Part shown: positions 1 through 8,980 of the stretch, one piece after another
Layout: each line of letters begins with the position of its first letter
Numbering within the stretch: position 1 is the first letter of the stretch
Assembly: GCA_026129095.1 (NCBI GenBank)
Contig: JAHCIT010000006.1
Span: 190,235-254,234, forward strand
Direction: 5' to 3'
DNA length: 64,000 nt
Source: Deltaproteobacteria bacterium
Lineage (GTDB): Bacteria > JAGRBM01 > JAHCIT01
Program-made: the position numbers and the translations under genes
The notes under the pieces: generated by a model
The model's input: the letters and a program-made list of their open reading frames with translations, nothing else
Database searches by the model: none
What the model was told of the DNA's origin: nothing

Positions 1-1
1 C

Positions 2-346
2 CGGGCTCCCGGTGAGGGCCAGTTTCACGTCGAAATCCGGCCGGACGATCCCGCGCTCCGCACCCTGCCTGCTGAAAAGCACCCTGTCACCGAGCGGCTC
101 AGTAACGGTAAATTCCGGTTGATCCACAACTTCCGGATTGCCGGCACCTACCAGATCACTGCCCATTTCAATGGTACTGACGGCCAATCGGCTACCTTGA
201 GCCAAACGGTCCAGGTGCAAGAACAGGCAGGCATAGGGTTCTGGTCCGAAACCATCCTGAAAAGTATCCTCTTTGTTCTGGCTGTTCTCGTGCTTATTAT
301 CGCAATCCGCCGAATGACCCGTCACGATGATGGCACTCCCTCATGA
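2..346 (+). CDS. Partial CDS (5' end outside window): beta-rich extracytoplasmic region followed by a C-terminal TM helix
   Basis: Frame is open from base 2 to TGA at 344-346; GTYQITAHF-type beta strands, then hydrophobic ILKSILFVLAVLVLIIAI and basic RR. Confidence 0.6.
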   Translation, partial: RAPGEGQFHVEIRPDDPALRTLPAEKHPVTERLSNGKFRLIHNFRIAGTYQITAHFNGTDGQSATLSQTVQVQEQAGIGFWSETILKSILFVLAVLVLIIAIRRMTRHDDGTPS

Positions 347-496
347 CCAGCCAATTGACCATCAATGGCAGGTTATTGCCAAAACTGCCGGTTTATCCGG
401 CACCCTGCACGGTTGAGCAGCAAAACGCTATCGGCCGCATTTCACTGTAATCATATAACTATTTGTAATTATTGGATAAAAATACGTGTTATGGTG

Positions 497-512
497 TGGA
501 ACCACGCTTGCT
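497..512 (+). promoter_or_regulatory. Sigma54 (-24/-12) promoter candidate
   Basis: TGGAAC-CACGC-TTGCT with exact GG-N10-GC spacing; AT-rich tract upstream with a one-mismatch IHF-like site (466-478, minus) and a TGGCA-N6-TGCCA palindrome at 366-381. Confidence 0.6.
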
Positions 513-639
513 TTACCGTGACGGGGCTGGGAAACCGTATCGCGGTAATGACTAGGCGCGTCACAGACATGCTACGGGAAGGGTGGAAGGAGCGTACGAC
601 CAAGTGTCAAAATTAGCGGCAGCCTGTGCCAACCCCATA

Positions 640-1344
640 ATGTCTACACTGGAAACCGAAATACCCGCTGACGAATCCCGGCGAATCCATGACCGGGAAC
701 TCGGCTTTATGCCATCCGACTACCTCCGGCGCGTCAGCCCCGAACGGATGAGCCGGCACATGAACCTCATCTGCAGCCATCCGGGTTATCCCCTGAAAAC
801 CTTCGTACAGCATCCGGTGTCATGGGACGTGACCCGGATGGGCAGAAGTGCACGGCTCATGACGTTTTCAATGAACTCACCCCGTGCACTGGTCCATGTT
901 ACAGCCGCCATTGCGCTCACGGGTGGCTCGATTCAGGCAGCAGAGCTTTACCCGCGAACCGATGGCACCCTGCTGATCGACGTCGAGTTTCATGGCCCCG
1001 CAAGCCCGGAAGCGGTTGGAGACTCTCTCGTCACCCAGTTCCAGGCCCGGATCGCCGACGCTCCGGCGCCGGACTGCGAAGCGGTGCGTGAACTGGAACT
1101 CACCACCCGCACCGATACGGCAACCTCGGCGAATGTGATCGAATTAAGGGCGGCGGATACCAGAGGGCTTCTTTACCGGACTGCCCGGGCCTTCGCCATG
1201 CTTGGCATCAAGATCGTGCGATGCGACATCCGCACAACTGGCGGAAAGGCCTACGACACGTTCCAAGTAACCGACAGGCTCGGCCGACCGCTGGACCTCG
1301 ACCGCGAGATGAACTTCCTGCGCCGGGAAATAGAGGGGGGCTAA
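640..1344 (+). CDS. Stand-alone GlnD-like C-terminal tandem ACT domain protein
   Basis: MPSDYLRRVSPERMSRH linker and VIELRAADTRGLLYRTARAF...IRTTGGKAYDTFQVTD resemble the GlnD ACT region; no nucleotidyltransferase or HD domain; start ATG640 (alternative GTG583). Confidence 0.7.
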   Translation: MSTLETEIPADESRRIHDRELGFMPSDYLRRVSPERMSRHMNLICSHPGYPLKTFVQHPVSWDVTRMGRSARLMTFSMNSPRALVHVTAAIALTGGSIQAAELYPRTDGTLLIDVEFHGPASPEAVGDSLVTQFQARIADAPAPDCEAVRELELTTRTDTATSANVIELRAADTRGLLYRTARAFAMLGIKIVRCDIRTTGGKAYDTFQVTDRLGRPLDLDREMNFLRREIEGG

Positions 1345-1349
1345 AAACC

Positions 1350-2252
1350 CTATTTCAGCATTCCGGACCGGTTCAGGATATCGTCGAGGATTTTCTCCTG
1401 CTCCGGCGTGGCCGGGACCATCGGCAGGCGGTGCTCGTTCGACGCCAGCAGGCCCATCCGTTTCATCATGTATTTCATCGGGATCGGGTTCGTATCGAGG
1501 AATACGGCCTTGTTCAGATCAAACAGCTCGTAATGAATGCGGCGGGCCCCTTCCAGATCGCCCGCAAACACCCGGTTACAGAGCTCGGCCACCTGTCCCG
1601 GAGCGATATTCCCCACGGCATTCATCAGCCCCTGCGCCCCCACAGCCATCATCGGGAAACTGAGGCTCTCCAGCCCCACGAATACCCGGAAGTCCGGCCC
1701 CATTTTCACAAACAGTTCCGACACATATTCCAGATCATTCACGGCGTGCTTCATCCCCACCAGCGTCGGAACCTTCTCGGCAATGCGCGCAACCGTTTCC
1801 ACCGTGACGTTCACCACCGCCCGCCCGGGTATATGGTAAATCATGAGCGGCAGACCGGTTTCGCGTCCCAGTGCCGAATAATACTCAACCAGTCCGCGCT
1901 GTGGCGGCTTGATGTAATAGGGCGTCACGACAAGGAGCGCATCCGCGCCCAGCTTTTCGGCACGCTTCGTCAGTTCCAGGGTCGATGCCCACGACTCGCA
2001 TCCTGTCGCAGCCACGACGGGGACACGCTTTTCTGCCGCCCTGACAGCGGTTTCCAGCAGGCGGGCGCGCTCGTCAATGGTGAGAGTGCTGGGTTCTCCC
2101 GTTGTTCCAGTAACGAGTATCCCATGCGTTCCATTCGCAATCTGGTATTCGACCAGTTCAGCATATTTGGCATAATCCACCTCGCCGCCGCGAAATGGCG
2201 TCACGATGGGTGGATAGGATCCTTTCAGGAAATTCCTGTCGAGTTTCATCAT
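1350..2252 (-). CDS. DapA/NAL-family class I aldolase (HpaI-like or hydratase-aldolase-like)
   Basis: GTTGE, PYY, IYHIPGR, Schiff-base Lys in GMKH, TNPIPMK; catabolic gene context. Confidence 0.85.
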   Translation of the reverse strand: MMKLDRNFLKGSYPPIVTPFRGGEVDYAKYAELVEYQIANGTHGILVTGTTGEPSTLTIDERARLLETAVRAAEKRVPVVAATGCESWASTLELTKRAEKLGADALLVVTPYYIKPPQRGLVEYYSALGRETGLPLMIYHIPGRAVVNVTVETVARIAEKVPTLVGMKHAVNDLEYVSELFVKMGPDFRVFVGLESLSFPMMAVGAQGLMNAVGNIAPGQVAELCNRVFAGDLEGARRIHYELFDLNKAVFLDTNPIPMKYMMKRMGLLASNEHRLPMVPATPEQEKILDDILNRSGMLK

Positions 2253-2271
2253 GTGCCAGTCCAGCCCCTGC

Positions 2272-3381
2272 TCAGCCAGCCAGCTTCGCCCGGTTGGTTT
2301 CAAATCCCTTCTGCGAACCGAGCATGGAAAACGGACGTCCGAGGTCTTCCTGCCACATGAGCGAGTCCATTGAAATGTTCAGCGGGCTGTCCTGGATAGT
2401 CAGCTCGTAAACGGGCTCATCGTTCGAGGCGTGATTGTGGATCGCCCAGCCGGGTGCGGTCAGCATCAGATCTCCTGCCTTCCAATGATACCGCTTTCCG
2501 TCCACGAGGCTGTGCCCGCTGCCGGAGAAGAAATAGTTGATCGCCGATGAAGAATGCCGATGGGGCCTGTCCACGATCTTTGGCGGCCGAAGCGTAATGG
2601 TGGCAAAAAATGTGGGTGACGTCCCGTTCAGACGTCCTGAAGCCGGATGATATAAGAGGTAAAGCCGCCTCCCCCGGTATTCCTGGCCCAGACCTGCCAG
2701 CCGGTCCAGGTTTGCCTTCACCTTCTCCCACGGCCAGTGAAGTACAGGCCACTCGACGACATCCGGATTCACCAGTTTTTCATATGGCATCAGCCATGCG
2801 CCTTCGTCGGTAATCTGGAATGTCCCGAACGGATTTTCCATATTCCCGCCGTGACCTTCGCCACCGGCGGGACGGTGTTCAGATACTGTTTTAGGACCAT
2901 AAGGATCGTCATCAACCACGTGGATGTTCATCTTCTCCAGCAATGCGGCATTGCTATAGGCAAGGCGGACCTGGAGTTCTTTGGTATCGTTCACGTGCTC
3001 GTAGATATTCATCGAGGGGGTGTTCCAGACGTCATACTGCCTGAATACCACCCGCTTGCCATTGATGACCGAGTGTCCGCCGCCACGAATGCAGAAATTA
3101 ACCTGCGATGAATTGTGGCGGATCGGTTTCGTCCGCTCGCCCGGTTTCAGCACGGAAATCGTCACCTGGGTTCCCGGTGCCAGTCCGTCGCCCACGCCCG
3201 TATGGGGATGGGCAATAACCGACATCCGCCGGCCGTTTGCCGGCACCGGCAACGACGCCAGCCGTTCCATCTCGGCTTCAAGTTCCTCTTTTGTTATGAG
3301 GACCGGGTCGATCAGCTTCAGCTCCGGCGCAGAAGCACCTGTTCTATTGATGAATTTTGCCTTCAAACGCTCGTCGCTCAT
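2272..3381 (-). CDS. Gentisate 1,2-dioxygenase-like bicupin
   Basis: Two cupin repeats (PIRHNSSQV...YEH and PHRHSSSAI...IHNH) plus LHWPW motif. Confidence 0.75.
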   Translation of the reverse strand: MSDERLKAKFINRTGASAPELKLIDPVLITKEELEAEMERLASLPVPANGRRMSVIAHPHTGVGDGLAPGTQVTISVLKPGERTKPIRHNSSQVNFCIRGGGHSVINGKRVVFRQYDVWNTPSMNIYEHVNDTKELQVRLAYSNAALLEKMNIHVVDDDPYGPKTVSEHRPAGGEGHGGNMENPFGTFQITDEGAWLMPYEKLVNPDVVEWPVLHWPWEKVKANLDRLAGLGQEYRGRRLYLLYHPASGRLNGTSPTFFATITLRPPKIVDRPHRHSSSAINYFFSGSGHSLVDGKRYHWKAGDLMLTAPGWAIHNHASNDEPVYELTIQDSPLNISMDSLMWQEDLGRPFSMLGSQKGFETNRAKLAG

Positions 3382-3408
3382 GACATCTCCATTTCCGGTT
3401 ACCCCGGC

Positions 3409-4416
3409 TCAATCAAAGCGGATTTCCGCGCGCTGGGGAAGCGGCAGTTCCCTGCCGAATTTGCCGGCGTGGGCGGCACGCAGCACCTCGATACCGATCG
3501 AAAGGTCCGAAATACCCACTCCCATCGCCTTGAACAAGCTCAGGTCATCGCCCGGCGAGCGCCCTTTTCCGGAGGCAACCACCGAGGCAAGGCTTTCGAG
3601 ACTTTTCCAGCCGGTCGCATCCTCTCCGAAATGGTCCTGGAATTCGCGCGAGAGTTTTTTCATCTGGTCCACGCTGTCAGCCGCCATGCGGTGAGCTCTG
3701 GGAAACAGGTCCTGATGAAATTCGGCCCGCTCGGGCGTAATAGCACCCACCGCATTCACATGTGTCCCGGCAGCCAGCATTCTCGCTCCCAGAAAGGGTT
3801 CGGTGGCTCGTGTAACCAGCGTCACTGCCGGCGCCCCCTTCACTGCCTCCGCCACTGAGCCAGCAACCACGACCTCGGTACCGGGGAACCTTTTTCGGAG
3901 AATGCCGCCGAATGCTTCCCGCTTTTCAGCCGTCGGGCTGAACACCCGGACCCGCTTCAGCTTGCGCACACACGCAACAGCTGCCACCTGCGGAAGCGCC
4001 TGCTTGCCAGCACCGATTACCGCCAGTTCGTCCGCTTCCGGGCTGGAAAGCCACTTGGTGGCCACACCGGAAATACCGCCCGTACGCAGTTGGCCCAGCG
4101 CGAAGGCTTCAATAACGGCGATCAGGGCACCATTAGCGCCATCAATCATCACCAGAACCGGCATGGCTCCGCCCGGAGTGTGGGCCCATGTCTTTGTGCC
4201 AACTACGGCAGGCGAAAGCTCACTCTCGTCAAATGCCGCCCCGATCGCGTGCAAATTCCCGTGGCCGCCAAAATTTACATGGGTTTTGACCATGTTTCGG
4301 GCCTTCCCCTGGGCCTCTATCCTGAGCCCGCGCTCCAGGGCCGCAATGGCGCCAGACATGCTGACGGCACCGGCTACTTCCTTCTCGGTAATCCAGAGAA
4401 AGGTTCCGCCCATCAC
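3409..4416 (-). CDS. Ornithine cyclodeaminase/mu-crystallin family protein
   Basis: LGQLRTGGISGVATKWL, Rossmann IGAGKQA, GTHVNAVGA, FKAMGVGISD. Confidence 0.85.
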   Translation of the reverse strand: MMGGTFLWITEKEVAGAVSMSGAIAALERGLRIEAQGKARNMVKTHVNFGGHGNLHAIGAAFDESELSPAVVGTKTWAHTPGGAMPVLVMIDGANGALIAVIEAFALGQLRTGGISGVATKWLSSPEADELAVIGAGKQALPQVAAVACVRKLKRVRVFSPTAEKREAFGGILRKRFPGTEVVVAGSVAEAVKGAPAVTLVTRATEPFLGARMLAAGTHVNAVGAITPERAEFHQDLFPRAHRMAADSVDQMKKLSREFQDHFGEDATGWKSLESLASVVASGKGRSPGDDLSLFKAMGVGISDLSIGIEVLRAAHAGKFGRELPLPQRAEIRFD

Positions 4417-4967
4417 CCAGTCTTCTCCGTGAAAATGGACGGAACAGGTGGCGTCAGCCCCAGACTGTTCACAAAAATCGCATGCGTCAGATACCGGCCA
4501 ATCAGCATCAGTACGGCAACCGTCTTTTCCGGACCAATGCTGCCAACAGCCTCGTCCAGTTCAGCACGGCAACCCCGGCCGAGTGTCCTGATGGCGGCCA
4601 GTGCAAGACGCTGTACCGCCGCCTCATCAGCCTTCAGCAGGCCGGCGGCGGGGTGGAGGGAAATGACTCCGGAAATCCATTCCCGGCTAAAACCGAGCTT
4701 GAGGCATAAACGCTCGTGCTGATGCCGCTCATAAGGGTTCCCGGCCTCGGTGGCCGCCGTCAGGGCGACAATTTCCGTCAGATTGTCGGGGAGCGCGGCC
4801 TTCAGTTCGTCTGTCAACTGCATGAACGACAACAGGACGCCGGGCTGGCTTGCTGCACATTTGAAAAACTCCCCCAGATACCCGAGACGCTCGACCCGCG
4901 GAGCAAGGCGACGGGAGAGTTCTGGCGACATGTCCGGCATTTCCAGACGTGGAATCTGATTACTCAT
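4413..4967 (-). CDS. Carboxymuconolactone decarboxylase/AhpD-like protein
   Basis: EIVALTAATEAGNPYERHQH motif (no CxxC); stop overlaps the start of the next gene. Confidence 0.65.
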   Translation of the reverse strand: MSNQIPRLEMPDMSPELSRRLAPRVERLGYLGEFFKCAASQPGVLLSFMQLTDELKAALPDNLTEIVALTAATEAGNPYERHQHERLCLKLGFSREWISGVISLHPAAGLLKADEAAVQRLALAAIRTLGRGCRAELDEAVGSIGPEKTVAVLMLIGRYLTHAIFVNSLGLTPPVPSIFTEKTG

Positions 4968-5045
4968 GTAGATCATCCGTAAATTGCGTGATGGAGCCAA
5001 GCCTAGCGGGACTGGCTGGTCCTGTCGAACGCTGGATACCGGGGA

Positions 5046-5564
5046 TCAGGCGCTGTTATCCGCCTTTGGAAGTTCGTCGGAATCGGGATTGCACCGCAAC
5101 TTGTACATACCCACGGCAGCAGCCTCCGCTCGCATATGGAGTATTTCCAGGGATTTGAGCAGATGGCGTACATCGTCGTCAGTAAATGCCTGGAGAAACT
5201 CGGCGATACCGTCCAGATGAACCTTGTGTGCCTGCTTGAATTTGCTGCGGCCTGCCGCCGACAGATCAATAAGGCGCACTCGCCCGTCAGCAGGATTCGT
5301 CTTGCGCTTCACAAGTCCCTGCGACTCCATCCGGTCAATAAGGCCGGTCACATTGGCGTTGGAAACCACCAGCATCCGGGACAGGTCCGTCAGGCTCATG
5401 GGGACCGAGCGATCGGCCAGAATACGCAGCACTTCGTACTGGGCGTTAGACAGGTCGAACTGCCGGAAGACCTGACGGTTGACCACTGTCTCCATCAACC
5501 CCCCGATATTGAACAGCAACGCAACAAGCCGTTCTCTCGGTTCCTTGATATGCTCCACGGACAT
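5046..5564 (-). CDS. MarR family transcriptional regulator
   Basis: LSNAQYEVL...NVTGLIDRMESQGLV.R...DGR...LSAAG winged HTH. Confidence 0.9.
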   Translation of the reverse strand: MSVEHIKEPRERLVALLFNIGGLMETVVNRQVFRQFDLSNAQYEVLRILADRSVPMSLTDLSRMLVVSNANVTGLIDRMESQGLVKRKTNPADGRVRLIDLSAAGRSKFKQAHKVHLDGIAEFLQAFTDDDVRHLLKSLEILHMRAEAAAVGMYKLRCNPDSDELPKADNSA

Positions 5565-5630
5565 AGGCGCAGTACCTTATTTCCAAACTATCAAAGCCGG
5601 CTCCAATTGCAAACCCCTGCCCCAGAAAGA

Positions 5631-7007
5631 TTAGTGCGCCAAATCCCACCGGGCGAAAGGGAATTCAGCTTCGGAAGGGCACTCGGATGCCACATTCACC
5701 CGGCGGGGGTATATCAGGCAGGGGAATTGCGCTTCATCAGGGCAATGCGGTTCAAATCGAACCGCTACCGGCAGACGATGATCGTATTCCAGTATGTCGG
5801 TATGACGTACAACCGGTGGCCGGTTTATAACTGTCAGTCCACCGGCATCCCGGATCTTTTCCATACTGGCAGCCAGCAGGTTTCGGGCTTCGATATTCAA
5901 AAGGCCGCAACGCTGGTTTGTTGCAGCATCGCGCACATAGAGCCCTGCGTTCACCGCCAGCCACAGGCCAACACCAGCCATGACGGCTTTCCCGGCGAGT
6001 GGGGTGCGCTCGCGCACCCACTCAATCAAGGCACCGACAATCAGGATGGCACCAAAAGCCGCGGCATACTCGTAGCGAGGCTGCGCGATACCCCGGACGA
6101 TTACCGGGAACGACAAGAGCGCCATTACCCACACAATGCCCATCCGGGCAGCCGGGCTTCCCCTCCAGATTACCCATCCTGCGGCAGTGAACACACCCAG
6201 CGTCAATGCCAGCACCGGATACGGGCCTGGAAATCCTGACGGATTAACCAGCAGGAAAAGCCGGAGGATTGATCCTGCCAGCACCGGAAGGGCACTAACC
6301 CCTGCCACGCCCTCGGCCATGGCGCTTGCCGCATGAAGTGAGTCCGATCTCCAGACAGATACCACCAGCAAAGCGGCGTTCACCACCGCAAGTATCGCCA
6401 CCCATGCACCAAGCCGCGGCCATTCTGTTCGGCGGGCCAGGGCACACGCCGCAGTGGCCAGCACGGCGGGAAATAGAAGTGCGGATATCTTGAAGATCAT
6501 TGCCATAGCGGCAAGCCCAACTGCCGGCCAGAGCAGTCTGCCCCTGCTGATACCATTCATCCACAAGAGCAGCGACCCCAGGAGCAGCGTGGTCATCTGC
6601 ACTTCCAGGCTTCCAGCGGCCCATAGCACCGATTCGCTTCCTGGCCGGTGCATGACAAACAGGATGGGAAGCCAGAGGGCAATCGATCCGTCAAACATCC
6701 GCTTCGCCAGCAGGAAAACGAACACGCCGTTCAGTCCGTGCATGCAGGCAATCCATACCCGAACCCACCGGTACGGTTCCTCAGGGCTCAGCCAGATGGC
6801 GATTTTCCAGTAGGGTGGTACCGACGGATATGTTCCCAGTTTCCAGAACAGGATTTCAGTCCAGCTCCAGCTACGGGCGAAATTCGCACTATACAGGTCA
6901 TCGACGAGGAACCCTGGACCGCCACCGATCCAGATCAGTCCGGCAATGAAAAGGCCCGCCACGGCCACCCATACGGCTTTCAATCGCGGGTCTTCTCCGG
7001 AACACAC
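5631..7007 (-). CDS. Multi-TM GT-C (PMT/ArnT/TMTC-like) glycosyltransferase-like protein
   Basis: DD motif after first TM, H-x-x-N, VLWAA, K, YAAAFG; C-terminal Cys-containing soluble tail; paralog of 54137 and 55682. Confidence 0.6.
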   Translation of the reverse strand: MCSGEDPRLKAVWVAVAGLFIAGLIWIGGGPGFLVDDLYSANFARSWSWTEILFWKLGTYPSVPPYWKIAIWLSPEEPYRWVRVWIACMHGLNGVFVFLLAKRMFDGSIALWLPILFVMHRPGSESVLWAAGSLEVQMTTLLLGSLLLWMNGISRGRLLWPAVGLAAMAMIFKISALLFPAVLATAACALARRTEWPRLGAWVAILAVVNAALLVVSVWRSDSLHAASAMAEGVAGVSALPVLAGSILRLFLLVNPSGFPGPYPVLALTLGVFTAAGWVIWRGSPAARMGIVWVMALLSFPVIVRGIAQPRYEYAAAFGAILIVGALIEWVRERTPLAGKAVMAGVGLWLAVNAGLYVRDAATNQRCGLLNIEARNLLAASMEKIRDAGGLTVINRPPVVRHTDILEYDHRLPVAVRFEPHCPDEAQFPCLIYPRRVNVASECPSEAEFPFARWDLAH

Positions 7008-7237
7008 TGTGGCAGTCTCCCGCCCGAGTTTATCGAAAGCAACCGGGACAGTGACTCTCCATATTGCTGATGGCTTTGGGAAAATTTTCCCATCCCCATA
7101 GGGAATTTTCCGTCGTTCCTGACCCTAATAGGCTGGCCATACCTGCACAATGGCCCCGGAATTATGCGCCTTCTGCCAAGTCGTGGCTGGCCCGGTATTT
7201 GCTGCCCCTTCCTGCGGAAGAAAAAGGGGAAGTACCA

Positions 7238-7804
7238 ATGACAGTGAAACAGCAACGCCGCGCCAAGGCGGAAAAGGCGGCAGAAATTGCCAGCCGCATA
7301 AAAACCTCCCCCTCGGCCCATCAGCTTCTCCTGGAGGGGAAAGAACCGACAAGGCTGCTGGAAGACCGCTCTGAAAACGCCGCCACCCAGGCTCTGATCG
7401 AACAGCACCACGACATCGTGGCAATCGTGGACCGGCTGGGAGCCGTTATCCGAACCAGTATCGGGCTGCTACCGGAAGCTCAGAAACGGCGGTTGTTCAA
7501 TGAACTAATGGGGACGCTCATCCAGAAACTCGAGCGGCATTTCCAGTATGAGGAACGGGGCGGATTCATGACCGATGTCGTGAAGCGCCGCCCAGCACTT
7601 GCAGCCGACGTAGAGCGGCTGCTCACGGAACACGGCAACATGATCGGCCAGCTCCGGTGGATACGTGCGCGGTGCATCGAACTGGATCTGGAAACGCTCC
7701 AGAAGCATGTCCAGAGCTTCGTTGACAAGTTCTCTCATCACGAACATCACGAGACTGACCTGATCCAGGGGGTCTATTATGGAGAAACCGGGGCCGGGGA
7801 CTGA
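7238..7804 (+). CDS. Hemerythrin/HHE domain protein
   Basis: EQHH, HFQYEE, LTEH, HEHHE metal-ligand pattern; purine-rich RBS before ATG7238. Confidence 0.75.
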   Translation: MTVKQQRRAKAEKAAEIASRIKTSPSAHQLLLEGKEPTRLLEDRSENAATQALIEQHHDIVAIVDRLGAVIRTSIGLLPEAQKRRLFNELMGTLIQKLERHFQYEERGGFMTDVVKRRPALAADVERLLTEHGNMIGQLRWIRARCIELDLETLQKHVQSFVDKFSHHEHHETDLIQGVYYGETGAGD

Positions 7805-7815
7805 GGTGGACCGGA

Positions 7816-8301
7816 TCAAGCCTCTTTGACTGGCGTCACCTCAAACTCGCCTTCCACGGCAAGGATTGCTTCAGCGGCACACTCCGCGACTACAGCGGCG
7901 ATATTCGTACAGAATTGCTGGCGATCCGGGCCCATAAAGTCCGCGAACTGCCCGGTCAAATCATTGCAGACAATCGACTGGGCCCGGCCCCTGTCCATCC
8001 GCACGCGCACGATCTGCTGATAGTGGAGAATTGCCTGTCGAAGCCGGTCCGTAACCTTTCCCGCAGGATCCGGGTCGCCCAGCAGTTCGCCCAGGACCAG
8101 TTCCCCCGCCTTGACCGCCCCGCACTCCCCTTCACCCGTGATACCGCCCTTCCGCAATGCCTGATAGGGCCGCGTACCAAGGCCGAATGTCTCGGCAATG
8201 GCAATGCCACAGGAACGATGCGGGGTGATCCTGCCCTCATAGAGCAGAAACGCCTTTTCCCGGGCCCGCCGGATCAGATCGGCTTTTCTGGCATCGTCCA
8301 T
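7816..8301 (-). CDS. C-GCAxxG-C-C family putative redox protein
   Basis: SCG...ECGAVKAG...SIVC...FC cysteine pattern. Confidence 0.75.
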   Translation of the reverse strand: MDDARKADLIRRAREKAFLLYEGRITPHRSCGIAIAETFGLGTRPYQALRKGGITGEGECGAVKAGELVLGELLGDPDPAGKVTDRLRQAILHYQQIVRVRMDRGRAQSIVCNDLTGQFADFMGPDRQQFCTNIAAVVAECAAEAILAVEGEFEVTPVKEA

Positions 8302-8462
8302 ACAGGTTTGCAGGATAGCCTATCCGGACATTCCGGAAGAACCCGGCCGCCGCCGGGAAATAATAACACCATTTTCACATGCCGAACTGACATGGAATCT
8401 TGCTTCCGCCAGCCTAGTACACATAATCCCACCACGCGTGGCGGCGGCAAGGAGTTTTTCCA

Positions 8463-8972
8463 ATGAAAACTGTCCGTCTGGAACTGGTGGCCCCGATCCC
8501 CCGTGAGCAGTTCATGACCATCTATGATGGGGACGAGTTCCGGAGCTACGTGATCCAGCACCATCCCCATGTTTCCGCCATCGAGGTGATCGAGCGGCGC
8601 GAGGATGAGACCACACGGCTCATCCGGACCCGCACCACCATGTCCATCGAGGCACCCGGTTTCCTCAAGCTGCTGACCTCGGCCGTCCAGCCGCAGACCG
8701 AAGAGGAACAGGTATTCTTCAAGAAGGAATGGCGGTACGAATTCCGCGGCAGCAGTTCTGTTTCCCGCAGCCGGGCCCGCATTGAGCTTGTCCCTGAGGG
8801 TGAACAGGGCACGCGCCGGATCGTGAATCTTGAGCTTGAAGCAACCCGGGGACCGGGGTTCCTCCGCAGCCGGGCTGAAGACTATTTTGTCGAAAAAGCC
8901 CGCGAGCAGATGGGCTATTATGGAGATATCGTCAAGAAATATATCGCCGAGAAGTTTGGCGTCAGCTACTGA
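8463..8972 (+). CDS. DUF2505/SRPBCC-like hypothetical protein
   Basis: AAGGAG RBS, 169 aa, helix-grip-like beta pattern with C-terminal helix. Confidence 0.5.
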   Translation: MKTVRLELVAPIPREQFMTIYDGDEFRSYVIQHHPHVSAIEVIERREDETTRLIRTRTTMSIEAPGFLKLLTSAVQPQTEEEQVFFKKEWRYEFRGSSSVSRSRARIELVPEGEQGTRRIVNLELEATRGPGFLRSRAEDYFVEKAREQMGYYGDIVKKYIAEKFGVSY

Positions 8973-8980
8973 CCCTGATC

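Noticed and set aside
518-564. Possible riboswitch hairpin GTGACG...CGTCAC in the ACT gene leader
   Set aside because: Short stem, no match to an aptamer I recognise, and the predicted sigma54 start site falls inside the 5' arm
7816-8301. Selenoprotein (UGA read-through) in the C-GCAxxG-C-C family gene
   Set aside because: All motif cysteines are ordinary Cys codons within an open frame
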